32,690 bases of DNA from a virus (taxonomy: Duplodnaviria; Caudoviricetes): the IMG/VR virus record IMGVR_UViG_3300038797_000098, positions 1-32,690 of that record; one strand, written 5' to 3'. Shown here one piece after another: positions 17,496 through 25,756 of this stretch (position 1 is the stretch's first letter; each line of letters opens with the position of its first letter). The notes under the pieces are model-generated. The model saw only the letters and a program-made list of their open reading frames with translations. It was not told the origin of the DNA and did no database searches. A program made the position numbers and the translations under genes.

Positions 17496-19468
17496 CAGGC
17501 GACTCCATCGGTCAGGGCCGCGTCGCGGCGGGTGGCAAGGGGGTTGTTGGTGAGCAGCGGGGTCATTTGCATGAACTGGTTTTGCAGATGCTGCGCGACC
17601 AACATACCGATCTTGTCCGAGCTGCCGGGGTCGCTGCAGTAGACCTGGACCGAAGGTGCGTAGGTCACGTGCTGGTCAGACGCATGGGCGCTCGCCAGAT
17701 CCTTGCTCACTTGGGCGGGCGCAGAAAGCGTGTCAGGCGCGGTGATAGCAAGTCTTTCACTCAAAGCAGTTTGCGCGTTTCTGCTCGATGCCGGAATCGC
17801 CTGCGAAATAGCCTCCAGAGAAACCGTCGATGGCCCGAGGTGCGGCGTATCGACCAATGATGCTCGTTCGCCAATTGCCATTTCCGCACCGGCCGCAGGA
17901 GCCAGACTGGCAATCCCTGTCACCGGCTTGTCCGCTGCGAGCCTCGATGCAGAATCTGCTGTTGACGAAAGATCGGGGGGATTCGCCAGGGCGCTACCAG
18001 GTATCCGTTTGCGCAACCGGTCTTTCGCCTCATCGACACCGGCGTCCAACACAAGATCGAATAGCTTTTTCAGGGCTGAACCCAAAACAATGACCCCCGC
18101 CGTGATCGTCGGATGGTCCTCAGCGAATTCACTCATCCTGTCGATGCCGGCACCGGCAACGCTCAGCACTTCAGGAGAGGGCGCCACCGCCTGGGCGCTG
18201 GCGATAGCCAAGCGCTCGTTTCGAGCAGTCTGAGCATTCCACTGTCCTTGCGGGGAATTGGAGCGTGCCAGTGCAGACTGGCGCACCGAACTCCGCTCAC
18301 CGATCACCGAAGTCGCGTACTGACTTTTGTCCTTTACTTGCGAAAAGGCCTCGTTGACATCGCCCGGATTCTGCGCCAACAACTGCACCGCATTGGCGCT
18401 GTCAGCAAACAGGCTTCGCGCCAGCGTGGCGCGTTGTTCGACAGGTTTTGCGTGCAGCGCGGCAAGCACCGAGAGCAGCGCACCCTGGGCATTCTGCTTG
18501 TCAGGGTCATGCATTGCAGCGGTCACGGCAGCAGGATCAAGTCCCAACTGCTTCCAGGCGCCACGCTCGGCGGCGGAGACGCTGTCACCTTTGCCCAGGG
18601 CAGCTGAAAGGCTCTTCAACGCCTGCCCGGCATCGTCTTTGCCCGTTCCGCTGCGGAGCAAGGCTGCCGACAGCGCTGCGGCCTGCTCGGGCTGCAAGCC
18701 TGCAGTGAGCGCCGCCTCGCCTGATTGCTTGAGTACGGCGCCGATGTCGGCGGACTTGACGCCACCCGGCATTTTGCCGAGCAGGTGTGTCGCATCCGCG
18801 AGGTCAAACGCCTGATCGCGAGTGAGCTTCATCGAGGTGCGCCACACCGTCATCATCTCGGCGACTTCCATCGCTGGGATTTTGAGTGCCGACGCTACGA
18901 CCGCAGCGTCGCTGGCGAAGTTGAGCAGCTCAAAAGACTTGTCCGACGCGTTGGTCAGCTCATTGCCAATTCCTGAGTCGGCGGCCAGCGTTGCAACCTT
19001 GATCAGTTCGATACCGCTGGTGCCTCCCGCCGCCACCATCGGCTTACTGGCCATGATCAAGCTCGACAGTGCGATTTCGTTGGCCTGCACTGGCGTCAAT
19101 TGTGCCGCGCTACCCAGATCGGCCGCCGCCGAATAAAAGTCAATCGCCGGCCTCACACTTTCTGGTGCCTTGGTCCGCTCGGCGGCCTCATCCGGCGCTG
19201 CCGACGCGCTGGTGGCTTCACCGTTCGCGGTGGAACTCAACGAGAGCATCCGCAAGTTGGACAATGCCAATCGCAATGAATCGATCGCTGTCGTCAACGC
19301 ATCGATCCTGATACTTGCGGTGACGAGCGCCTGACTCAGCTGGGGATATTGATCGCCGATGATCGGTCCGGGGCCGGGGTTTGCCGCAGCCATGTTCAAG
19401 CGGATATCACCGGTTGCTGCGCCCCCCCGCTCATCGGCATTCATTGGCGCAAATTTGCTTTCTGCCAT
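17495..19468 (-). CDS. Tape measure protein of the P2-like tailocin
   Basis: Ala-rich helical protein between the chaperone and gpU genes; TP901-type core (DLADATHLLG, AAALSAALL, AWKQLGLD). Confidence 0.85.
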   Translation of the reverse strand: MAESKFAPMNADERGGAATGDIRLNMAAANPGPGPIIGDQYPQLSQALVTASIRIDALTTAIDSLRLALSNLRMLSLSSTANGEATSASAAPDEAAERTKAPESVRPAIDFYSAAADLGSAAQLTPVQANEIALSSLIMASKPMVAAGGTSGIELIKVATLAADSGIGNELTNASDKSFELLNFASDAAVVASALKIPAMEVAEMMTVWRTSMKLTRDQAFDLADATHLLGKMPGGVKSADIGAVLKQSGEAALTAGLQPEQAAALSAALLRSGTGKDDAGQALKSLSAALGKGDSVSAAERGAWKQLGLDPAAVTAAMHDPDKQNAQGALLSVLAALHAKPVEQRATLARSLFADSANAVQLLAQNPGDVNEAFSQVKDKSQYATSVIGERSSVRQSALARSNSPQGQWNAQTARNERLAIASAQAVAPSPEVLSVAGAGIDRMSEFAEDHPTITAGVIVLGSALKKLFDLVLDAGVDEAKDRLRKRIPGSALANPPDLSSTADSASRLAADKPVTGIASLAPAAGAEMAIGERASLVDTPHLGPSTVSLEAISQAIPASSRNAQTALSERLAITAPDTLSAPAQVSKDLASAHASDQHVTYAPSVQVYCSDPGSSDKIGMLVAQHLQNQFMQMTPLLTNNPLATRRDAALTDGVA

Positions 19469-19474
19469 GCCGCT

Positions 19475-19645
19475 CTACTCCTGTTTCACGCCAAGGCGAG
19501 TGATCGCTATGTCGTAGCGGCGCAACGCCTTTTCGGCGTCCCATTCCAGAATCTCCGCTTCACTTACCGGGTAAATGAGCGGGACGATATCGAGGATTAC
19601 TTCGATGTCGCGTTCCGAAAGTAGGCCGCCGGCTGGTTTAAAAAA
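19475..19645 (-). CDS. -1 frameshift extension of the P2-like tail assembly chaperone (gpE'-like)
   Basis: Slippery TTTTTTAAAC at 19645-19636; the -1 frame reads KPAGGLLSERDIEVILDIVPLIYPVSEAEILEWDAEKALRRYDIAITRLGVKQE*, ending 6 nt before the tape-measure ATG. Confidence 0.8.
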   Translation of the reverse strand, partial: FFKPAGGLLSERDIEVILDIVPLIYPVSEAEILEWDAEKALRRYDIAITRLGVKQE

Positions 19646-20178
19646 TCGTCGATGCGCACCTGCAATTGCGTCCAGTCGGGGACGGTCAGGTGGGCCAGAT
19701 CGGGGATCATCAGGCCGGTGCAGTGGGCGGTGATGAATTCGGCGCGTTCCTTGGCCGTCTTCAGTTTCTTCATCACTTTGGTGGCGCGCAGCACGGGCAT
19801 TTCCAGGCTCAGCGAGTCGACGGTGCGGCCGGTGACGGCGAGCGGTTGCAGCAATTGCACCTGGTCGGGATCGTCGGATTTCTCCGCGTCATCGATCTGG
19901 TCAAGAAAGTACGCACTCGGCCGGGTCGACATCTCATGGACGTACTGGGCGATGCTCACGTAGTCCGGACGTTTGAGTTGATCGAGCTCTTTCACCGACA
20001 GGCCGGTGGCGAGCAGCGCCAGCTCGAAGAACTGATCGTCTTCGTCATCGCCGGCGCGTTCCAGCGCATCTTTTTGTGCGGCGTAGAACAGCGGTTTGAG
20101 CTGGATCGTTGCGATCTGCGAGCCATCGTCACCGGTGATCGGCGACAGCAGTTCGTGTTGGGGTGGCATCCACGGCAT
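19597..20178 (-). CDS. Tail assembly chaperone (gpE/gp41-like, apparent tandem double domain)
   Basis: Between tube and tape measure genes; two TGL...L..L..PD(Y/W) motifs; start taken at ATG 20178. Confidence 0.82.
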   Translation of the reverse strand: MPWMPPQHELLSPITGDDGSQIATIQLKPLFYAAQKDALERAGDDEDDQFFELALLATGLSVKELDQLKRPDYVSIAQYVHEMSTRPSAYFLDQIDDAEKSDDPDQVQLLQPLAVTGRTVDSLSLEMPVLRATKVMKKLKTAKERAEFITAHCTGLMIPDLAHLTVPDWTQLQVRIDDFLNQPAAYFRNATSK

Positions 20179-20210
20179 GTATGAATTCCTTGGTGATTCG
20201 TTTAGATCCA

Positions 20211-20301
20211 CTGTGGGAGCGAGCCTGCTCGCGAAGGCTTTGGCACATTCGAAATTGATGTAACTGAACGACCGCTTTCGCGAGCAGGCTCGCTCCCACA
20301 G
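20211..20301. repeat. REP doublet (REPIN), GAGCCTGCTC variant
   Basis: CTGTGGGAGCGAGCCTGCTCGCGAA ... TTCGCGAGCAGGCTCGCTCCCACAG. Confidence 0.9.
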
Positions 20302-20330
20302 GGTTTTGTGATTTGCCGGTAAACCGGGGT

Positions 20331-20837
20331 TTACGGCATCAACACCGCACGCCGTGCATCACCGAGGATGTCGACGCCGTTGAGCACGAATTTCTGCGTG
20401 CGCACGTCGATGTCGATCACCGGCACGCCGTTTTCCAGGCGGTTGTAGGTGCGGCAGGACAGTTCCAGGTTGGTCTTGGGTTTCTCGCCCATTTTCACCG
20501 CGGTTTCCTCAAGGGACTTCAGCTGGCCGCCGACGGTGTGGTAGGTGAACCAGGTATTGCCGTCCTGATCCTGACCGGCTTCACGCACGTTGAGCAGGAT
20601 GTCGTCGCCCAGCTTCACGCCCAGCGCCAGCAGAACCTCGGCGCCGAGGCCTTGCAGGGTCAGCTTGGCGCCGAGCGCTTTGCCGCCCTTGGCCATTTCT
20701 TCGACGATAAAGCGCCCGCCGCGCATCTCTTCCATGTCGAATTCGATTTTCGGCGGGGTGAATTCCTCAACGGTCGCCGACAACGGCAGGCCTTGCAGGG
20801 TGGCCGCGATGGCCTGTCTTACGCGGTTGGTAAACAT
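20331..20837 (-). CDS. Major tail tube protein (P2 FII-like)
   Basis: EEFTPPKI, EMRGG, IDID......NGVDIL...RRA motifs; follows the sheath gene. Confidence 0.9.
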   Translation of the reverse strand: MFTNRVRQAIAATLQGLPLSATVEEFTPPKIEFDMEEMRGGRFIVEEMAKGGKALGAKLTLQGLGAEVLLALGVKLGDDILLNVREAGQDQDGNTWFTYHTVGGQLKSLEETAVKMGEKPKTNLELSCRTYNRLENGVPVIDIDVRTQKFVLNGVDILGDARRAVLMP

Positions 20838-22003
20838 TAGAGAACGTCCTCCAGGAACTGCTCGATGATTTCATCGCGGGCGTTGAGTTGATAAACCATG
20901 TGTTCGTTCGGCGCGTAGCGGCCGTAGTCGATGACCACGTACCAGGTGCCGTTCTTGTACTTCTCGACGCTGTTGAGTTCCGGGTGCAGATACACGCTGC
21001 CGCCGGGAATGGTTTCATCGGCAACCAGGGTCTGCAGCCAGTCGTTGATGCGCTTGACCTCCTGATCCATGAAGGATTTGGTGAGGTTCTTGGCCATGGC
21101 TTTCTGGCCGGCCTTGACCAGCTTGCGGCTGATCGCATCCTCGAGGCCGACGTAGCTGATGAACTTGCCGGTGATCGAGCGGTTACCCAGCAGCGAGAAG
21201 CCGCCAAGCACGGTGCGGGCGTAGTAGCTGACGCCGTAACGGTTGAGCAGATCGCCTTCGGTGGACGTATCGAGGATGTTGTACTCGACGACCCGCGAAA
21301 CGTCTTCGGCGAAAGTCACCTGGTTGCCCGGGCTCTCCCATTGCTTGACCTTGGCCAGCGCGGCAATCGCCAGACTGGAGGGCGACAGGAAGACGTTTTT
21401 CTTCGCCGCTTTCGAATACACGGCGGGCATGTTGTGCACCACCAGGCAACGGTCGAAACCGAGTTCGGCGCCGCCGAGTTCCTGGCTGTACAGGACCTGA
21501 TCGGCCACCGAGACATCCTTGCCGTCCAGCACTACACGGGCCTTGATACGCTTGCCGAACGCGGCGAACTCGCCGGCCACCGCTTTAGTGCCGGTGAAGC
21601 CCGGCGCGCCGATGATGGTCAGGTCTTCCGGGACACTGCCCAGCGCCGCCAGACCGAGCTTGCGGCCAGTGGCCGGCTCGACACCGCCGATCACATTGTT
21701 GACCGTGTCGGCCGGTGTCGCGCCTGCCTCGACGATGACCACGTAGACCGGCACCTTGACCACTTTGAGGATCTGGTAGACCGCGTGGTACAGCGTGCCC
21801 TCTTCCGACCCAGTCGGATCGAGCAGCGCATGGGTGGTGAAGCTGTTGATGCGAAACGGCGCGTTTCGCGGAATCAGCGGATCGGCTTTCGGCGCAGTGC
21901 CGACCAGACCGATGACGTTGTCACCCAGGCCACCCATGGCCTCGGGGGATTCGGTGGCATTGACGGTAATGCCGTTGTGCTCGAAGTTCAGAACCTCAGC
22001 CAT
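20837..22003 (-). CDS. Contractile tail sheath protein (P2 FI-like)
   Basis: HNGITV, VIGLVGTAP, IIGAPGF, WESPGNQ, GFSLLGNRS, IDYGRYAPNEH motifs. Confidence 0.93.
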   Translation of the reverse strand: MAEVLNFEHNGITVNATESPEAMGGLGDNVIGLVGTAPKADPLIPRNAPFRINSFTTHALLDPTGSEEGTLYHAVYQILKVVKVPVYVVIVEAGATPADTVNNVIGGVEPATGRKLGLAALGSVPEDLTIIGAPGFTGTKAVAGEFAAFGKRIKARVVLDGKDVSVADQVLYSQELGGAELGFDRCLVVHNMPAVYSKAAKKNVFLSPSSLAIAALAKVKQWESPGNQVTFAEDVSRVVEYNILDTSTEGDLLNRYGVSYYARTVLGGFSLLGNRSITGKFISYVGLEDAISRKLVKAGQKAMAKNLTKSFMDQEVKRINDWLQTLVADETIPGGSVYLHPELNSVEKYKNGTWYVVIDYGRYAPNEHMVYQLNARDEIIEQFLEDVL

Positions 22004-22005
22004 GT

Positions 22006-22191
22006 TCAGTCAGCCTTCTTGGCAGCGGCCTTTTTGGCCTGGGTGATAGGGGTTTTCGGCTCAAGTCGCCCGGCAAAGTGCAAGGCACTGGCCTCGACAT
22101 CGAGCAGATCGAGTTCTTGACCAACGCTCGACCAATGCCCACCGCCGGTGGGGAATGGGACGAGCACGGTGTAGGTTTGGCGGGTTGCCAT
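22006..22191 (-). CDS. Small hypothetical tail protein preceding the sheath gene
   Basis: GGAG RBS before ATG 22191; 61 aa; Lys/Ala-rich C-terminus; ends 2 nt before the sheath start. Confidence 0.7.
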   Translation of the reverse strand: MATRQTYTVLVPFPTGGGHWSSVGQELDLLDVEASALHFAGRLEPKTPITQAKKAAAKKAD

Positions 22192-22213
22192 TTTTCGTTT
22201 CTCCATAAACGGG

Positions 22214-22239
22214 AAAGCCCCTCGGGAGGGAGGGGCTTT
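22214..22239 (-). terminator. GC-rich hairpin, possible weak terminator
   Basis: AAAGCCCCTC-6nt-GAGGGGCTTT; short interrupted U tract on the minus strand. Confidence 0.45.
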
Positions 22240-22266
22240 GGCGGGTGTTGAGGTGTTTGAGGGGTT

Positions 22267-22295
22267 AAGAAAACGCCCCGGAATTCGGGGCGTTT
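22267..22295 (-). terminator. Intrinsic terminator after the fibre chaperone gene
   Basis: Minus strand AAACGCCCCG-AATTC-CGGGGCGTTTTCTT overlapping the stop codon. Confidence 0.65.
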
Positions 22296-22722
22296 ATTCG
22301 ATCTGTTTGGCGATCCATTCAGGTTTGACCGGACGCGCTTGCGTCAACGGAAAATCCGACGATTGTGGCCAGTCTCGCAATTGCCGAATGTAGTTCAGCA
22401 ACTCATTGAACTGGTCAGCCGTCAGGGTGGACGACTGATTCAGATCAAGTTGGTCGCGGTGACGTTCACGCAGCCACAGGGTCGCGCTGATCTGCTCGTC
22501 TCGCCAACCGCGTTCTTGCTCGGCTCTCTCGACTGGCGTTAACGCGGGAATATCAATCAGAATTGGCAGCCCTTTTTGATCATGGCCGCAAACCTTGCCC
22601 AACGGCCGGTTGGCAAAAACTTCCAGGTAACGATCTTCCGTAATCGGAACTACGTCATCAGGCATTTTGCTGTGCAGGCTGTCCAGATAAGTACTGCCGG
22701 TTGCCTTACTGTAATAACGCAT
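22294..22722 (-). CDS. Tail fibre assembly chaperone of the P2-like tailocin
   Basis: ERGWRD.QI.AT.WL.ERHRDQL...LT.DQF.ELL.Y..QLRDWPQS.DFP....RP..PEW. Confidence 0.87.
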   Translation of the reverse strand: MRYYSKATGSTYLDSLHSKMPDDVVPITEDRYLEVFANRPLGKVCGHDQKGLPILIDIPALTPVERAEQERGWRDEQISATLWLRERHRDQLDLNQSSTLTADQFNELLNYIRQLRDWPQSSDFPLTQARPVKPEWIAKQIE

Positions 22723-22723
22723 G

Positions 22724-25120
22724 TCATGCACCTATTGCGATATAACGAAAGTTCGTCGTTGCGACATTTCCGTAAGCTGTGAAAGACGTCAGGGTTATCG
22801 CCGTTGCTCCCAGCGAATGGGCACCGCTTCCCGCATCTGTCGCCACCATCTGGTAAACCTGTGAACGAAACGCAGTCGGATAATTAAAGGTCTGCGTTGT
22901 TCCCTGGATGGAGGCTTGGCCCCATTGCAACATGAGACCTCCCAGCCACGACGGGAACACAATGTATCCATTGGGCGCGAGACTGGCCTCGAAGCCAAAA
23001 CGCAGCTTCTTCGGCGTAACAATGACACTGTCATCCGAGCTCGAATTTACTTGGCTTTGGGTGGCAACTTTCGCTGTGCCTTGATTGATTTCAGAGGCTT
23101 GTTGTGCCAGAGCTGAGAACGCAGCGATATCAATGTTTCCCTGATTGATCGGTGCGTTCCAGGCTTTGATGCACCACATGACAGCCAAGTTGCGCGGACG
23201 GACGGTTTTCCAGTACGAGCCAGTGAAGCTGCCGACTGTTGCGCCTGTGGTTGTGTAGTAAATATCGCCTTTGAAGTCCGGCGCGGGGTCAGCGTCAATC
23301 GCATTGGAGTTGCCAATCCCTTGAACGGCCGGAGCATCTCCATTGTCGCCTTGAGTTTTTGTACCAGCCTGATAGCTACCAATGTTCCGTCCCTGGTCTA
23401 TTCCACGCGCATGATCCCACCCGCGGAGAAACTCACCGCGTGAGTCTGGCAAACGGAAATTGCCCGCGCCCTCATCACCCCTCAAGTAGGTAGAGCCCAG
23501 GTAAACCGCCAGATCCGGATAGGTCGCAGAGCTTTGCACACTCCCATCTAGTTCCAGAAATCCGGGAGGCACAATTCCCGTAGGGAAAGCCATGACCGCA
23601 CCAACTGGTACTGCAGCGCCAAGACGGGAAACCTCTTTTACGAGGGCCGCTACGTCAATGTTTCCTTGGTTGACCGGAGCGTTCCAGGCTTTGATACACC
23701 ACATGACGGCAAGGTTGCGAGGGCGGTTTTCTGACGCTGTTCGCGCTTGCCGAGCGTTGTCGAAATCTATAGAAGTGTAAGCGTCCGTAGCAGGATTCAC
23801 TCCCTTTGACACGCCGGATTTTGATCCACCATAAACGCCGTTAAGTATTTGCCCCATGCCCGTAGAATCTGCGGCGGAAATCGCACCGGTCAGCCGCTGC
23901 ATCGCGTCTAGCTGAGGCGTACCGACCTGCCGTCCGGCGTCGACGCCCCGCCCATGATCCCAACCGCGCAAAAACTCCCCACGCGCCTCCGGCAGCCGGA
24001 AGTTACCAACCCCCTCATCCCCCTTGTTGAACTTGCCACCCAGATAAGCACTCAAGTCCGGATAAGTCGCACTGCTCTTGACGCTGTTATCCAGCTCCAG
24101 AAAACCCGGCGGCGGCGCATCAACCGGAAACGCCACAATCGATCCAACTGGCAACGCGGAAGCCTTGGCGATCAACGCCTCAACTTCAGCCTTGGTGTAC
24201 GAATCCTTGATGCCAAACCCAGCCAGCGTTTCCGGATTGGCCCCAGCCGTCGCGCGACCATATTCATCAACAGTCAGGCTCTTGTAAGTTCCCGCAGCAA
24301 TCCCGGTGCGCCCTGCGAGCATCTTGAATGTCAGCGCGGTCGTGCCAAGCGTGATCGGTGCATTGGTGGTCAGGTGCCACAGCGAATCTCCATTCGCTAC
24401 GCCCTCCTCCACCATGACCGTCAGGCCCGGTGTGACCTTGGCGCTGCTATTGGCATCCGTGGCCCGCACCCAGTCGCCATTGGCAACGATCCACAAGCCG
24501 TTGTCCTTGGCCAGCGTCTGGCTCGGCAGCAGCACACGATCGCCGGCAATTACGGCAACACCATCAATCTGCTGTGCGCTGTTCATCACGACATTGCCAG
24601 TCGCCGCAACGCGCACCGACTGCTTGCCATCAAGTTTGCCGAGTTCTTCAGCCAGATGACTCATGACCCACGCACGAGTAGCCTTGACCACCGTGTCATC
24701 AATCAACAAGGTCACCAGCGAGGCATTGCTGGTCTCGAAAATCGAGCGGATATAAAACTCTTTACCCGAGCCCGACGTCGCCAGCACCGGTTTGAACGAC
24801 TCCGGATATTTGACGATGGCATAGAGAACACCAGTGTCAGTCCATAGCCCCGCTTCCCGTACATACCAGCCGCCGACGTCCGGCGGGATAGTGACTTCGG
24901 CGAGCAGCCAGCTCGGGTTTTTCTCGTCCTGGAACAGTGCGTTGAGCGGTCCGCGCCAGACTTCGCGTTTCAGAGCGGTCGCGGTGGCGGCCGGGTTGTA
25001 GACCGCGCCGCCGCCGTCGCCGACGGAAATCTGCGTCAACTTGATCGGCACACCCGCAGCCTTGCACGCCGTTTCGTAGGCAATCCCTGCGTTGGTGAGC
25101 AGGGTGTAATAGTCAGCCAT
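22724..25120 (-). CDS. Tail fibre of the P2-like tailocin (gpH-type N-terminus, two tail-collar domains)
   Basis: YYTLLTNAG, VGDGGG, IPPDVGGWYVREAGL N-terminus; two RLP..RGEFLRGWD..RG.D.GR collar domains; C-terminal LMLQWG...YIAIG tip. Confidence 0.92.
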   Translation of the reverse strand: MADYYTLLTNAGIAYETACKAAGVPIKLTQISVGDGGGAVYNPAATATALKREVWRGPLNALFQDEKNPSWLLAEVTIPPDVGGWYVREAGLWTDTGVLYAIVKYPESFKPVLATSGSGKEFYIRSIFETSNASLVTLLIDDTVVKATRAWVMSHLAEELGKLDGKQSVRVAATGNVVMNSAQQIDGVAVIAGDRVLLPSQTLAKDNGLWIVANGDWVRATDANSSAKVTPGLTVMVEEGVANGDSLWHLTTNAPITLGTTALTFKMLAGRTGIAAGTYKSLTVDEYGRATAGANPETLAGFGIKDSYTKAEVEALIAKASALPVGSIVAFPVDAPPPGFLELDNSVKSSATYPDLSAYLGGKFNKGDEGVGNFRLPEARGEFLRGWDHGRGVDAGRQVGTPQLDAMQRLTGAISAADSTGMGQILNGVYGGSKSGVSKGVNPATDAYTSIDFDNARQARTASENRPRNLAVMWCIKAWNAPVNQGNIDVAALVKEVSRLGAAVPVGAVMAFPTGIVPPGFLELDGSVQSSATYPDLAVYLGSTYLRGDEGAGNFRLPDSRGEFLRGWDHARGIDQGRNIGSYQAGTKTQGDNGDAPAVQGIGNSNAIDADPAPDFKGDIYYTTTGATVGSFTGSYWKTVRPRNLAVMWCIKAWNAPINQGNIDIAAFSALAQQASEINQGTAKVATQSQVNSSSDDSVIVTPKKLRFGFEASLAPNGYIVFPSWLGGLMLQWGQASIQGTTQTFNYPTAFRSQVYQMVATDAGSGAHSLGATAITLTSFTAYGNVATTNFRYIAIGA

Positions 25121-25756
25121 TCAGGCCCCCTGAGGATAAATAGTGGATGTTTCGACGGTGTACAACGCCGCGACCATGAACGCCTCGCCAGAGGTTTCAA
25201 GCCCTTCGATGAACACCGGATAAACCGTGGTCAGTTCGCCGCAAAACGTCGCAGCACCAATGACGTGATTGCCGAATGCGCTCAAACCCACCGACACGGA
25301 GAGAACGTCCCTCTCGCTTTTCGCATCGGCCAGACGGCGGTCGAGACGGGCGTCGATTTCTTCGCTGTAGGGTTGGTCGCTGAAGGCACGCACGGAAAAG
25401 CTGTACGGCGCGCCGGGCGGTGTCTGTTCGTACCAGGCGCGGATTTCCGGGCGCAGTTGCAAACCCTTGGCGGCGTTTTCCAGCGCCTTGCGTGTGCCGG
25501 CCTGGCGCGCGGTGGGCCAGGCCAGTTCGACAGTTACGCGCTTCTCCGCCACCGGCGCATCGGTGCTCCATTCGGCGACGCCGCGATCGGCAGCCAGATA
25601 CGGCAGGAAGGCCACCGGCGTTTCGCTGGGGTTCATCAGTTCCGGGAACGGCGGCGCGATGCGGTCGAGCAAGGCGTCGAAGCCCAGATCCAGTCCGCGT
25701 TCGAGGGCCGAGCTGTTGGCCGGAAGCAAGGTTGGCCGCTGAGTTTTTTCACTCAT
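25121..25756 (-). CDS. P2 gpI-like baseplate/tail protein
   Basis: LLPANSSALER, FLPYLA.DRGV.EW, GTRKAL, DAKSERD motifs. Confidence 0.9.
   Translation of the reverse strand: MSEKTQRPTLLPANSSALERGLDLGFDALLDRIAPPFPELMNPSETPVAFLPYLAADRGVAEWSTDAPVAEKRVTVELAWPTARQAGTRKALENAAKGLQLRPEIRAWYEQTPPGAPYSFSVRAFSDQPYSEEIDARLDRRLADAKSERDVLSVSVGLSAFGNHVIGAATFCGELTTVYPVFIEGLETSGEAFMVAALYTVETSTIYPQGA

Noticed and set aside
8319-20301. CRISPR array or IS ends
   Set aside because: The repeats are isolated inverted doublets kilobases apart with no spacers, cas genes or transposase.
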